A stretch of DNA of 64,000 bases from the human T2T-CHM13v2.0 reference genome, Homo sapiens. Shown piece after piece: positions 43,091-59,190 of this stretch (the first letter of the stretch is position 1; the number at the start of each line of letters is the position of its first letter). The notes beneath the pieces are model-generated. The model was given only the letters and a program-made list of their open reading frames with translations, was not told the DNA's origin and did not search any database. The DNA is taken from assembly GCF_009914755.1 (NCBI RefSeq), contig NC_060935.1; one strand, given 5' to 3'. The position numbers and the translations under genes are program-made.

Positions 43091-43784
43091 GTGAGTAGAA
43101 TTCTGACCTGCTGTTGACTGGGGTTAGGGTGCTGGCATGTGAGCCCACCAGGCTGCTGTGTGCTGGGAAGGAATGCATGGGATTAGGGTTGGTAGCAGAG
43201 GGTTGTCTGGGGAGCAGGTAACAGGGTGGGGAAGAAAGGTTGTTCCAAGATAGGAAGAGATCCAGATTTTGCAGAACTAGAATTTCAGATGGGCACATCC
43301 CTAGGTATGTAGGATGTTTTGTTGTGAGTATTTTTTCCTTTTGCTGGTTTGCTTTTTATGGGGGTGGTGAGACTTTATGGGTTGAGCATTTGTCTTGAAG
43401 CTGGTTCTGATGGTAAAAGCAGAAATGAGAGGGTTGGGAGCTCTAAGTCCCATTTGAGTATGTTATGAGGCCACGCTCTTCAGGGCCACCTCTGAAGGTC
43501 AAAACGGAGAGGTGTTGATGTATCCAGGGATTCAGGCTTCAGAAGTAATTCTCTTCTCATGGGTACAGAGGAGCAAAGGATAAGGAGAACAGAGTTTACT
43601 TTGAGAAGGACATATTTTAAAATGTAGACAGATGGTGATTTTTAGGATGTGTGCCTCTTGAATAGATGTCTCAGGTAGAATTTGGGTGGGAAGAGGGGAG
43701 GGTGTGAGTAACTTGAAAATAAGGTTTCTCCCAGGCTCCCATCTCTGCCTTCTCTTCTTGTCTTTTGTGTCTTTCCCTCTTCCT

Positions 43785-44137
<353 letters not shown>

Positions 44138-46006
44138 TAATACTAACCTGCAACCTTAGAACTTACTCATTTCTTTGGAAATGAGTTTTGTTGAGAATGC
44201 TAATTGTTATTTAAGACCTCAAGGACTAGGAGGGCCTATGAGGAGGAAGGTCTTTCAGGTGGTGCCCAGGGCAGGGCATGTTCCAGTGAGGTAGGGAGGT
44301 GTGCCAGGTGTGCATTTATGTGATGGTGTCAGGGCTGGATTTGTTGGTGACCCAGGCACTGTGATCACTGTGAGTAAACAGCTGGGTGTATCTAGTGGGT
44401 GTCCTGGGACTTGTCTGTTGGCAGGGACCTTAAATTGGGACACCTGTTTCCTTTTGGGTGTGTCTTTGTAGATGTATCTTTTCCCAAAAGAGGTTGAGGA
44501 TTCTGGGGAAGACTGAGGACAGGGAGGGGGTTATCACCTTTATATTGGAATTATCATAGGGAGAGATTTATTCAGGATGGTTTACTGGAACCAGTTTATT
44601 CCTTTGGTTGCTTCTGGGTTCAAGTTTAGGACCTGTCTGGTTTCCAAAGGAATCAGTGTGTTTCTGGAGAGAGAGAGCGATAGGAGGTTGATAAAGGTGT
44701 AGGTTGGGGAAAGGTTAGTTAGAAACCCCTAAATGTCTTTTGATTTTGTGGATCCACAGTCGGAGATGACTACAGAAGTGGGCTTGGAATGTAGGTGCCT
44801 GTGAATAGCTGTGGAGACAGCAGGAGTCTGGGATTGATTAGTTCGCCGCCTGGAAAGTTTCCTGGTTTCTCCTGTAGTGGTCAGGAATGCCCCGCCCCTC
44901 ACATAGATGTTTACTCTCCTCTGTTTCGGGACATTATTACTCAAAGAATGGTCCTAGACATCACTTGTGAGCTTGTTAGAGATCTGTAATCTCAGGTCTC
45001 TTCCTTGGCCTACTGAATCAGAATATACATTTGAACAAGATTCTCGGAGAATTTGTGTGCACATTTTAAAACAGATATTAAAATATGAAGTTGGGCCTCT
45101 ACCTCTGTGGTGCCTACCTAATAGCTTCACATTTTCCTTTGTTTGGTGTTTTCGTTGAGCAGCCAGAGAGTGTCAGGGTTTCTTCTCTGTTCCTTAAGCA
45201 AATTGTGTTTGATTTCTGCCCCCGCTGCCCGCCCTAGTCTCCTTTAGCTTTCCGGGCTTTTTATGAGCAGAGGAGGGGTGGTGTCCTTTCTAGGTAGTGA
45301 GCTGCCTTGTTGATGATGGTGTTTTGGGCTTCTTATGGCATTAATGTTAAGCCAGATGATTTTTCCTTTATTTTTTCTGAATTCGGATTCCTTTTATGTT
45401 TTCATTCACTGTAGCATTTCATACATGGATTAAAAGGAGATGGCCATAGCTCTTTGCCAGCACATGACAGGGCGGAAAAACTCTGCCTCTGTGCTTCCTC
45501 CAGCCCCCACGTTTCCTGCAGTGGGTTTGGTTTTGTAATCTAAAAGTCCCATTTGTTCATCCTGTGTTTTTCTTAACCCAGAGACTTGGTGCTAAATATT
45601 GCTCTTCTCAATCTTTCTGAAGCTTGGAATGAACGTGCTCTTACAGAAAATGTATAAATTCCATCCTTCTTAATCTCCCAGCCCTCTCTTCTTAAGAACT
45701 AACCTACAAACCCTTTTAGTCCTAAATGTCTGGAGGTGACCTCATGGCTAAGAAGCTGATATATAGAATTTTAGTGTGTGGGTATTGTAATTTGGGGAGT
45801 TGTTGGTACTGTTGGCCATTGTTAAAACAATATATTCACTGGCATTTTCCTTGGGGGACTTTTAATTTTCTGTAGTGTTCAAAGTCCAGAGAAACCTGTA
45901 ACATTCTACTTAAAATGTGATGGATATTTCCAAGTATGTTAATCTACATTGGGGCTTGAACAAGAGCCACTCATTGCTATGATTACTTCTACAATGTGTT
46001 TTACAG

Positions 46007-46072
46007 TGGTTAAATGAGGAGAAAATTATCCAGAGGCTTGTGGAAATAGTTCATCCATCGCAAGAAGAAGAT
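46007..46072 (+). CDS. PPP6R3: Coding exon 4 ([22 protein letters not shown], 66 nt)
   Basis: ttttacag|TGG acceptor, GAT|gtaagt donor; in frame; cumulative 618 nt. Confidence 0.95.
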
Positions 46073-46374
46073 GTAAGTTCACTTGTGTGACTGTAAACTT
46101 GATTAGAAAAAAAAAACAAAAAACTGTTTATTGGGCACAGAGCATACTTATATTAAATGTGAACATGATCAGAGCATACAGGGAGAATAGCAGCGATCTA
46201 GTGTTCTTAAAGTTGATACTTTTCTAAACAATATTACATTTTGCCAATACTCAGAAAATTTCCAGAAGTGTACAACAGCAGGCCCTTGTTATAGCACCAT
46301 CTCCTTTCTAGAGCCGGTATTTCATGCTGAACCAGCTGGTTTTTGTACAAACCTCCTTTGTTTATGCTCCTTTT

Positions 46375-46672
46375 TACTTTTTTTTTCCCCTTTGAGACGG
46401 AGTCTCCCTCTGTCGCCTAGGCTGGAATGCAGTGGCGCGATCTTAGCTCACTGCAACCTCCACCTCCCAGGTTCAAGCAGTTCTCTGCCTCAGCTTCCCG
46501 AGTAGCTGGGATTACAGGTGCCCGCCACCACCCTGGCTAATTTTTGTATTGTTAGTAGAGACCGGGGTTTCACCATCTTGGACAGGCTGGTCTTGAACTC
46601 CTGACCTTGTGATCCACCAGCCTCGGCCTCCCAAAGTGCTGGGATTACAGCCGTGAGCCACTGTGCCCGGCC
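46375..46672 (-). mobile_element. AluS
   Basis: Full-length antisense; flanks tccttttta. Confidence 0.92.
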
Positions 46673-48106
46673 TCCTTTTTATTTTTATACCCATCTGTAG
46701 CAGTTGATGTGGCCACATTTGCATTTGTTTTATCCAGTCTGTTTACAGCTTTGCAGGCAGTGAAGTGGGATGTTGGTCACCATTGAGCCCCTACAGTAAC
46801 TTTGTTATACTTCCTAGCCGTGGCTGTTAAGCTCTGACAGGTTTGGCCTTAGTCCTAGGTGCTAAAGGTTGACTTGGTTACAGGATTGAAGCTAGATTTG
46901 GAGTTTGCAGATTGAACTCTGTGCTGAGGGAATGCCTGTTGGGACCAGTGGGTGTGTGTGTCTCTAGAAGAGATCTATAAGGTTACCACCTTAAGTATCT
47001 TGGCCAAGCCGTATAAAATTGGCAGTAGTCATCCATTTTTACCTACAGACATGATAGTTCTCTATGGTTCAGCCTAATATCTACAAAGGAGTTGGTTTAA
47101 GGGCAATTCAAAGTTTGTCCTGAAGCTGGGAGAATCTCCTTGTGTGTCTCTAGGTTGCAGGTTAGATGGGAGAGCGAGCACAGCAGAGGAGCTGTGCAGG
47201 AAGAGACATGCAATGGAGGCTCCTCTCTCTCACAGAAATACATTTTCTGTGATAGTAGAGCGAAACCCTTTCACTCTGATCCATTCAGAAACTTTTCATA
47301 CCTGGACTTTATTAAAGGGACTGTCACTTCCCCATTATCCCTCTTTGGGAGAATGCAAGGTATGCTCCTTTGCAGTAGTTGTTACTGTTAGCAGAGTTGA
47401 CATTGTGGACACATCCAGTGCAGACATGGATTGGGAATGTGGGAGCCCCTGCTTAGAAGGTGCTCTCAACCTAGCTGGGGTGATAAGCCCTCCTCCTGTG
47501 GGCAGGGGAGTGTGGTTCTAGGAGCAGGTTTCCCTGTGATGACAGTGTGGCCTGTGCAGGCCGTGGAGAGCCATGACAGGAGTGTGGCCTGCCCCGTTGA
47601 CAGGGAGGAGTTTCCATGAATGAGGCTTACTCCTTGCTAGGTTCATGTTCTTGAGCAGAGGAACTTGATTGCTCAATGGGCTAGGAAGAGGATTGCTCAG
47701 TAGGGGCTGTCTGAAGGGCCCAGGAGAAATTGATAATGGAGAAGTCCAATTCTGCAACAAGTTTTTTGAGAAGGACACTGCATTGTGGACATGAGTACCT
47801 TCTCTGCATGACTTAGAAGAAAGTTAATTTTGGTTTTTGGACAGTCCTGTTGACACTTCTGTTTTGTATTAAGTGATGAATTCCATGTTAAAATTATACT
47901 GGCCAGTTGATAGTTACCAAGGAAATGCTAGGCTCCTGATTCCAGTCAGTGGGTTTGGATATCCTAATCTGTGCTCTCCTCTCTTCTAGAATATGAGTGT
48001 TCTGCCTGTATTGGGAGCACATTGCTCAGTCTTTGAGTTATGCTCAGTTTCTTAATCCAGAGAATAAAATGTGTTTGGGTGCTGAGATTTTAGAGCTTTT
48101 CTGTAA

Positions 48107-48477
<371 letters not shown>

Positions 48478-48552
48478 TGTACTTTCACTTTTTTTTAATT
48501 CAAAAAAAGTATGTGCATCCTTCTATGCTGATAAGAGTGTATTTTGGGGATA

Positions 48553-48753
48553 CACGTTGAGTATCCCTTATCTGAAATGCTTGGAACCAGAGGTATTTTG
48601 GATTTCAGTTTTTTTCAGATTTTGGAATACCTGTATTTGCATTATACTGGTTGGGCATCCTGGACCTAGAAATCTGAAATGTTCCAGTGAGTATTTCCTT
48701 TGAGTGTCATGTTTTAAATTTTGGAGCATTTTCGATTTGGGATGCTCAATCTG
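48553..48753. mobile_element. Tigger4a/MER46-type MITE
   Basis: TIRs cacgttgagtatccc...gggatgctcaatctg flanked by TA. Confidence 0.8.
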
Positions 48754-49030
48754 TATTTTTTCCCAACTATTTTAGAAATTTTTCCTCATCAGAACCTTGA
48801 CGACATCTCCCTGCACATAGCAGTAATGTACTGTGCACTATTATAAAGCTCATTCACCTGACAAAATACAATACTTGTGATGTGATCTCTCTTGGCCTTG
48901 ACCTTTTGCGCACTGAAGCTTATGGCCAGTGTTAATTTGTTATTTCTTAAATAACTTTCCCTTTCATTTTTAAATTATAAATTTAACTTCTAACATGTTT
49001 TATGGTTAAAATTGTACTTTTTTCCTTTAG

Positions 49031-49143
49031 CGACATTCAAATGCATCACAATCACTTTGTGAAATTGTTCGCCTGAGCAGAGACCAGATGTTACAAATTC
49101 AGAACAGTACAGAGCCCGACCCCCTGCTTGCCACTCTAGAAAA
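49031..49143 (+). CDS. PPP6R3: Coding exon 5 ([38 protein letters not shown], 113 nt)
   Basis: tttcctttag|CGA acceptor, AA|gtatgt donor; cumulative 731 nt. Confidence 0.95.
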
Positions 49144-50186
49144 GTATGTGTAAAACTCTGTTCTTGTTCTTCTTTCATATTGATGCTGTTCCATGTGTTA
49201 CCATTGTGAGTGATTGGTAAGTGTTCCTTATGTGGGAATCATGTGCCTTGAAAATAACCTTGGGTGGGTGAGAAGGTAGGGAAACCTGCTTCTTTTATCT
49301 CAGTAGAAGTTTGGCAGGGTAAGAAGATAAATGACATTTATATCTAGACTTTGAGTTTTCCAATTATTTGTAAAATGGAATTCTGTAGAGCCATCCTAAG
49401 ATGTGGTAGTCATTTAGAAATAACTGTAGTCACAGCTTCCAAGGGTCTTTTGATGAAGAATAGTCTTGTGTAAGTACGAATGTTGTGCATTTTATTCAGC
49501 AGCTTTTGTCAGATGATGTTTAAGGATTCATTGTATCTTTGCAGCCGATTAGGGACAGTTATCTCATGTTTAGGTTGAAGACAGCTTGGGGATGGGGTGC
49601 TGTTTTTTCTAGATTCACATGTTTTTAAAAAGAATGTTTACTGTCAACATGGGCATGTATATTTGACCTGCATTCAAACAGCTGAACGTTATTTTAATAG
49701 AGAATAATCAGGCCACTCCTCACTATGGGAGAATAATTGGGAAGTATGCATACAGCTAGCATTGTTAAGTACTAATGGCAATCTTGCTTCGGTTTACTTC
49801 TATTGTTGTTTTTAATGCTTTTGTCAATCCTTTTTATTCCTGCTGTATATTGAGGCTGTTTTGCATCTTTGGCTTAACTACCTATAATGCCGTTTTATTA
49901 AAATAAAATGTATTATTTCCTGGACATATGTAAGACAGGCAGGGAATACATTACAGACAAGTTAATGTGTCTTCAACCCTGTCTTTGCGAAGTGGAATTG
50001 TGTTTTCCTAGCATGTAGAATACGAAGGGGTTGAGTTCTCTGAAGTAGCAAAACTACAAAAGATTGCCGGCTTCTGAGTAAAATGGCATCTTACCTGTCC
50101 CATTTTAGTAATTCTTGCACTATGGCATATATAGTCCTTTAAAACATATAAGACACCCCACATTCAAATACTAATTGTGATATTAA

Positions 50187-50262
50187 TTAGGTTGAACCTT
50201 GTAAAATTGCCATTTCAGTAGGTTAGAAATGTTGAATATCAGCAGTTTCATATGGCTCACTA
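50187..50262. mobile_element. MADE2 (Hsmar2-derived MITE), decayed
   Basis: ttaggttgaaccttgtaaaattgcc...gcagtttcatatggctcacta imperfect palindrome. Confidence 0.7.
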
Positions 50263-50434
50263 CAGTGCTGCCCAGTGGAAATAGAATCAAAGCCACATGT
50301 AATTTAAAATGTTTTTGCCCAAAGTCTTGGAAATCCAATGTGTATTTTACACTTAGAACATGCCGGTCAGACGAGTTAAATTTTGGGTGCTTGATAGCCA
50401 CATGTAGTGAATGGCTCCCATAGTAGACAGTGCA
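50263..50434. mobile_element. MER33-type MITE, internally deleted
   Basis: cagtgctgcccagtggaaatag...tgtgtattttacactta...tagccacatgtag...gacagtgcag. Confidence 0.7.
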
Positions 50435-52296
50435 GGTTCTGCCTGAATATCAGACTGCTTAGTAGTCATTGCTAAGTTCTTCGTGCCACTCCAAGCCTTC
50501 CGTCCACACAGCTTTATTTGGACCCAATGTGTAACCTAGCCACCAGAGCCCATGTGCGCACTAGCTTTTATATTTCAAGCTGTGTTTTAGTCCTAGATCA
50601 GGTAGCTAATTTCTGGATGAAGATAGGTAAATGCCTAGAATTTACATCATTAAATTAGTTGGAGTAAATGTGTTCAAATACATGGACCTGATGAATCAAT
50701 GGCCCTGTTGCCAAGTAAAACCTCCATTGCATTTAACAGTGGAAAGAAAATCTGTCATAGTGCTTCCCACAGTCTGTTTGAGAATAAGAACCAACCACTT
50801 CTAATATTTGACACACTGCACATCTTTTTAGTGTCTGTTGATTCAGACAATACACAGTGAGAAAAGACTTCCATTTTAGTAAACTTATTAATCATAATAG
50901 CATCTGTATATATTTGATATATTATGTGATAATATGTAATATCTATTTGATAAATCATAGTTATTTAATAATGATGATATTACATATTAAATCACTGTAC
51001 TGGCAATACATAATGTACACATAGCTTGCCGAGCTCTATATTATGATGCCAGGTAACCCACAGTGTGGACTCCACTGTATATATGAACATCACATGCATA
51101 AATGTTAAGCACAGATAGCACATATGGAAAAATTTGAAATGAGCTAAGGTTAAAGAAGATGCTAAAGAGCAGGTACCAAGAAATCTCAGAAAGCGGACTG
51201 AAGTGTTAAATAAAGAATGTTTGGCTTGGGAAGCAATCTGGGCTTAAATTGAATGCATTTTATTTAGTGACTGGAAATTTTTGAAGTTCAAAAATTTTTT
51301 AAAAACAGTTATGTTAGAATAGACTCTGTATCTGAATTCTTGATACTAATGACCTTATAACAAGTTGGGTTTGATCCCATTCACTTGAGCCAGTTGGTTT
51401 TTTGTAAGTGAATTTCTCATTAAAAAAAAAAAAAACGAAAAAAAAAAACAATGAGCCATTGTCCCAAAGGCAGGGATAAAGAACCTGGATGGCTTCATGC
51501 AGGAAACAGCTCATATCATGAGTTTTAGTGATGTCTATCCAGAAACTGCTATTTTTTAAAATGTGAAAATGAATATATTTTCTCGCATGTAATTAAATAT
51601 CTTTTTATTGAAAGAATGTGAAGGCATTCCTTTTATTTTGTTTGATAAGCTTCAGTCCTTTGGTTTATTATTTCTTCTGGGTTTGGTGATACTTGCGTGT
51701 TTAGGTAAAACTCAGAAGATGGCGTAGCTATTGTGGTATTGTATTTTGACTGTCAAGTTTTCGCTGGTTATTATGTTTTTCTTGTCCATTAGTAGAATTC
51801 TTTCATGGATACAGTAGACTTCCAATTTGACACAGCGGTGAAATGGCTAGGGCCTCTGTTAGCCATCTTCAGGCATCTGTATTGACGAAAGTGACAGTGC
51901 CCTCTGATGAGTAAGAGCGCTATGGTTGAATGAAGAGAGTGTGGACCTCCACAGTCACATGCTGTCAGTACCCCTCCACCTGGGGTGAGGCTGCTGTTGA
52001 AAGAAAAACATATTTATTTTAAAAGATAGTTTGTTTTCCAGAGCTTGGTTCCAGACCTAATAGTTAGTGTATAGACTGCTGTGTGTTAAGTGACTTTTAT
52101 AGTACTCTTTTGGTGAGAGATCTCACAAGCAATTATTGCTGGTCTGAGAGTACTTGAAAAACCTCTTCTTGCAAGGGGACCTTCTCAAGTTAGGTTAGAT
52201 ACTAGTTTTGTTTCCCCAAAATAGAAAGAGATTCTCTCCTATTTCCTGCCCTACGTTGGCAAGAGGTGATCAAGGAACTGGTGTACAGTACACTGA

Positions 52297-52702
<406 letters not shown>

Positions 52703-53451
52703 GTCCATTTCTTAATTCACATGGATTTCGAAAATTACTGAGAGGCTAAGAAACTAAAGTTTTCCTTGAGAATGTTCATATAAATTCAATGAACTGGTTT
52801 ATGTTAATTGTTATCTTACTATGTATGAGAGAAGTGTAATGGAAAGAGCCTGCAGATAATGCTTTTTGGACATTTAATTTAGTCACATTTATTTCATTGC
52901 TGCCATTTTATTTTGCTTTTTCAAATTTTATTTGTAGAGTAAAATGCAACAACTGATGTTTTCTTTTTTCTGTTTTAGATCTTTGCTAATTACACATTTA
53001 TGCTTTTGTAGGAAAACATTCATGGGTTCTAATTAGCCTTTCTGAACGTTTTCCCTTCTTTAGTGAGGGTGAAAGGTTCTATGTCTTCTTGCCACCCCCA
53101 GCCCCAGTCATCATCATCATCAGAGTCTTGGTTTGAGTAGGAGGTGACTTGGTCTTGAGATTCTGTTGGCTCTCGACAAAATTGGCAAAGACAAGCATGG
53201 CCCAGGTTATTTTGCTGAGGGAAAGAGATAGAAGGGTGAGTGAGTGAGTGTGTTTGTGTGCGGGTGCATGTGTGTAATTTATAAATAGGATCAATTGCCT
53301 ACTTTAATAAGTATATAGAAATAAAATAGTAAAACAAATATGCCCAAGTATGAACTCTTCAGTGATGCTTGTCTTGTACCGTCGTCTTTTTTTCTGAGGT
53401 TGTTGGTGATAAGTGATACTGCAGTTAGTGATTATTGATTTGTTTCCCTAG

Positions 53452-53565
53452 GCAAGAAATTATAGAGCAGCTTCTATCAAATATTTTCCACAAGGAGAAA
53501 AATGAGTCAGCCATAGTCAGTGCAATCCAGATATTGCTGACTTTACTTGAGACACGACGACCAAC
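53452..53565 (+). CDS. PPP6R3: Coding exon 6 ([38 protein letters not shown], 114 nt)
   Basis: tttccctag|G acceptor, AC|gtaagc donor; phase 2 to 2; cumulative 845 nt. Confidence 0.95.
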
Positions 53566-54614
53566 GTAAGCTTTTCTTATATCTTACAAAATGAACCATG
53601 TTGTTTTGCTTTCAGATTTAAGAGTTAAATTCTTAGTGGATAAGCTGTAATAGCGTACCTTTGAATTGCAGTTGCTGATTCTTCTTCTGCTATATAAACC
53701 ATAGCCTAATTTTATATGAATACCACATATTGGGATGCAGTTGAAAATTATGTTTTGGTGACACTATTTATTGGCAGTATTTAGACTCTAGTCATATATT
53801 TTTTTGGTAGTGGTAGTTAGGAAAATGCTTACTATAATAAATGCTATAATCAAAAACATGTATAATGGCTGAAAAACAGAGAAGCTTATTTCTTGCTCAT
53901 GATAATTAAAAATAGGTGTTCCTGGTCAGTGGGTAGCTCTCCTGGCCATTCAGAACGTCTCTCTGTCTTGTGATTCCTTTCATTCCTTTCTGCAGATACT
54001 TAGGCCTTCAGGTGGTGTTTTCCTGGGTTTCACATTTGAGGGCACTTGAGCAGAGGCTGTCTTAAAATGCATGGGCAGGTGGCTTGAGCTTTGAGGACAA
54101 ATTTCTTCTACATGTTTTATAATCAAAAATAAAGTCTTGCTTTTCACATGTGTGGCCTTCGCCCCTGGACCAGCCATTTCATGTGTGTCATGTTATTCTT
54201 TATAATTTATGTCCAGTGCAGATTTACTCATTATCAGAGTTTTCTAACTGCTCTTAGAGCATGAGAATCTGAAGAGGTATGTATAAGTTTTCCGGGATTG
54301 TGTGATGTAGAGGTTGGAATTTTGTATTTTTTACCCCAAAATTCATTCATTAAGCAAGGGATAGAGTGCATCCTTAGCATATGAAACTTCAGCCATTCAG
54401 GGTTTCTGGATTTACTTTTAGCGGTGTAATTTTGGTTTCTAGCAAAATAGTGAAGATAACCTTACCAACCAACCCCTGCTTCCCCAATTCCTGATCTCTG
54501 TTGCTGCTTTGCCTAATCTTTGGTCAATACTAATGGAAGGGCAGTGTGATGGCACTGCTTCAAGTATGTTGTAGTTTGGGGGTTGTTTGCCTACCTGTCT
54601 CTTTCTAGGAAAAT

Positions 54615-54896
54615 CAGTACCATCTTCCTACCCCAGGGATACAGTGCCCTCTTCCCACCCCAGGGGTACAGTACCCTCTTCCCACCCCAGCGGTACAGTA
54701 CCCTCTTCCCACCCCAGCGGTACGGTGCCCTCTTCCCACCCCAGCGGTACGGTGCCCTCTTCCCACCCCAGCGGTACGGTGCCCTCTTCCCACCCCAGCG
54801 GTACGGTGCCCTCTTCTCACCCCAGCGGTACGGTGCCCTCTTCCCACCCCAGCGGTACGGTGCCCTCTTCCCACCCCAGCGGTACAGTACCCTCTT
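54615..54896. repeat. 27-bp minisatellite (ccccagcggtacggtgccctcttccca) x ~10.4
   Basis: Directly visible; gives the 9-aa periodic ORFs PPQRYGALF / SSHPSGTVP in the track. Confidence 0.97.
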
Positions 54897-55624
54897 GCTA
54901 CTCATGCTACAAGGCCATCATTGCATTATGGAATGCTGTTAAAGCAGTAGAAGGAAATTTATAACATTAAGTGGTTATATTAGAAAAGAAGAAAGAATGT
55001 GTGTCAATGATTTAAGCTCCTACCTTACAAATTAAAGGTAAAGGCAGGACAAATTAAACCCAAGGCAAACAGAAGGAAAGAAATAATAAAATTCAGAGCA
55101 GAAGTCAGTGGACTTGAGATGAGAAAAATAATACAGAATATCAGTGAAGCCAAAAGCTCGTTCTTTGAAAAAATCAATAAAATTGATAAACTTCCATCCC
55201 AATTAGGAAAAAAGTAGAAAAGAGACAAATTACAAATAATAGGAATGACTGTGTGCTATGGACTTTAACACTGTTTCCTGTGGAGTTCAGATGAATAATA
55301 AGAGACTACTACAAACAATGCATTAAACAGATTCAGCAGTTTATATGTGATGGACAACTTCCTTAGAGGAAATAATTGCCAAAGATCACTCAAGAAGAAA
55401 TAGGTAGCATGAGCAGCCCCATATCAGTTGAAGAAATTGAACTTATATTGAAAACCTTTAACAAAGAAAACTCCTGGCCTAGATAGGCTCAATTGGTGAA
55501 GTCTACCAAAGATGGAAGAACTCTGTCAGAATACAGTAGAGGGAACTCTTTCCAACTCATTTTATGTAGCCAGCATCACTTTGAAACTATAGTGAACTAC
55601 ACAAAATCATGGGAACAAAAGCTA

Positions 55625-56355
<731 letters not shown>

Positions 56356-57913
56356 CAAGTAACAAAATGCCACAAGAGCTGAAATGTAAAATTCCTCAAG
56401 AAAATATGAGTGAATCAAGTCTAACAGTATATTGTAAGGATAATATATATCATAACAAAGTATGGTTTGTCTTGGGAATGCAAGGCTCATTCATCCTTCA
56501 AAATCTTCACATCAACAGACAGCAGATCTGATCACATCAGATCAATGAAGAAAAAACATATCATCATTTTGTTAAATTCCTTTATGATAAAACATCTCAG
56601 CAGATTAGTATTAGAAGGGAACTTGGATGAAAACTGATAAAGCCCTCTTTCATTTTATTTATATTTTTTGAGATAAGGCCTGCCATTCAGACTGGAGTGC
56701 AGTGGCACAATCATAGCTTACTATTGACTTGATCTCCTGGGCCTAAGTGATCTTCCCACTTTAGCCTCCTGAAGTAGCTAGGACTACAGGCACAAGCCAT
56801 CATGTCCAGCCAAATTTTTTTTATGTTTTGTAGCGATGGAGTCTGTGTTGCTACATTCAGAGGGGAGGGGGCGATGTGAGACTGCATCTGTTTACAGATG
56901 ACAGGATTGTCTTTGTAGAATATCCTAAAGAACATTAAAGAAAAAAAAAAAACGCATACTCCTAGAACTAACAAATACATTTAGCAAGATTGCAAGTATG
57001 AAGTCAGCACTCAAAAGTTAATTGCATTTCTATGTACTAGGAATGAGCAATTGGAATTTGAAATTTTTTCGAAGTATTATTTTTTATAGCATAGAGAAAA
57101 GAAAATACTAAGATACAAACCTAACAAAATGTGTGCAAGGCTTAATGCCCCAAAACTATAGAATATTGATGAAATCAAAGATGACCTACATAAATGGAGA
57201 GAAATACTCTGTTCATGGATTAGAAGACTCAGTATTGTTAAGATGTCACTTCTCCCCAAATGGACCTGCAGATTCAATGCAATTCCGAACAAAATCTAAG
57301 CAGGATTTTTTAGAAATCAAGTGAATTCTAAAACTTGCACAAGAATCAAAGTACAGTAGCCAAAACAATTTTGCAAGAGAAAAGGACTCACACTCTGATT
57401 TTGAGACTTAATACAAAGCGACAGCAATCAGGACAGTGTGGTGAAAGAATAGACATACAGATCACTGGGACAGAGCAGAGTCCAGAAGTAGACCCATCCC
57501 CATGATCAGGCGGTTTTTAACAGAGGCATGGGGGCAGTTCAGCGGAGAAAGGACAGCGTTTTCAGTAAATCGTCCTGAATGGTTAGGTATTCTATGCAGA
57601 ACGTTGGACTTTGATATATATTTTGCAGATTATGCAAAAATTAACTCAAAATGGATGATAGAACTAGACATAAAACTAGTAGTTCTAGAAGCAAACAGGA
57701 GAAAATCTTTGTCTCAGAGTCATGTACAGATTGTTTAGATACATTGCCAAAACCCAATTCATAAAACAGAAGTTGATAACTCAGACTACACTAAAATTTT
57801 AAAATTCTGCTCCGAGACTCTGTTAAGAAAATTAAAAGATAGGTCACAGACTGCCAGAAAATATTGATAACGTGTGAGAAAAGACTTACATCCAGGTATA
57901 TGAAGAATACCTA

Positions 57914-58095
57914 GGCTGGATATGGTGGCTCATGCCTAGCACTTTGGGAGGCTGAGGGGGGAGGATCACTTGAGAAGGCCCCATCTCTACCGAAAAAAAA
58001 AAAAAAAGCCAGGCATGGTGACATGTGCCTGTAGTCCCAGCTACATAGGACGCTGAGGGAGGAGGATCACTTGAGCCCAGGAAACAACAAAAACA
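57914..58095 (+). mobile_element. Deleted AluJ (sense)
   Basis: Partial arms with internal deletions. Confidence 0.8.
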
Positions 58096-58099
58096 AAGC

Positions 58100-58478
58100 A
58101 GTAATTTATCCTCTCACAGTTCTGAGTCCTAGAAGTCTAAGATCAAGGTGTTGGTGGTGCTAGATTCCTTTCAGAGATACTAAGGCATTCCTCTTCCAGC
58201 TTCTAGTAGTTCTTGGCATTCCTTGGCTTGTGACCCCTCTGCATCCTCTTTACATTGCCTTCCCCTCTGTGTGTCTGTCTTGCCTCTTCTCTCTTCGAAG
58301 CATAGTTATGATGGCATTTAAGGCCCCCCTGGGTAATCTAGGATAATCTTTCATCTCAAGATCTTTAATTAATTTCATCTTCAGAGATCTTTTTTCCAAA
58401 GAAGGTGACATTTGCAGGCCCTACGTATTAGAATGTGGACGTATGTTTTGGGTAGGAGAGCATCATTCAGCCCACTAC
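58100..58478 (-). mobile_element. MaLR LTR (MLT1-type)
   Basis: aatttatcctctcacagttctg...aagatcaaggtgttgg...gcattccttggcttgtg...cattcagcccactac. Confidence 0.82.
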
Positions 58479-59190
58479 TTAGCTAAACCAGACAGACAGA
58501 ATAGACAGTACTCAGTGCAGTATGCAGGGCAACTGGAAGTCACACACATTACTGTTGGGAATGGAAAGTGATATAGCCACTTCATAGAAATGTTTGTCAG
58601 TTCTTAGAAAGTTAAACATTCATAATGTCACCCAGAATTCTTATCCTTGAGTATTTACCCAGTTCTCATTCTACCTGTAATTGTTTTCCTGCAAGAAGTA
58701 GGTTATAATGAGTATAGATTGAACTTTATGTAGAATAATTTTAAACCTTTTAAATAGGAAATAATGTTGATTATCTAAGAAAAACTGTATGGAACAAGTA
58801 TAGGCCTGTTCATTAATAACACCCCAAACTGGCAGGCAATTTGGGGTGCCCTATAATCCAGAGGTTGGATCCCTTTCGCTTTCCAAATTTCCTGGTCACT
58901 TAGAGACTTGTTACTGTATAATAGTTATGAAGACTTAGAAGGTTTAGAATGGGAAGAAATCACATGTAATTTCTTACCTGATACTGTAGCTGTTTGGGTT
59001 GCAGGTTATAGAGTCTGAGCCTCATGGAGGTTTCATTAACCCTCTTCTGCCTCATTATGCTTTTTTCCTAGCCTTTTTTCCCGCAGCCAGAAAAGTTGAT
59101 ATAATCATTAAGTAAAGACATACATGGTCGATAAGCTTGAATGATTTGTTCTGAAATTATAATAACTAAAATTCCTTGCTTTGTTTCAAG

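Noticed and set aside
54615-54896. CRISPR-like appearance of the repeat array
   Set aside because: Units are head-to-tail with no unique spacers, there are no cas genes, and the DNA is eukaryotic intron.
54583-54964. Four overlapping periodic ORFs (PPQRYGALF etc.)
   Set aside because: Artefact of a stop-free 27-bp minisatellite.
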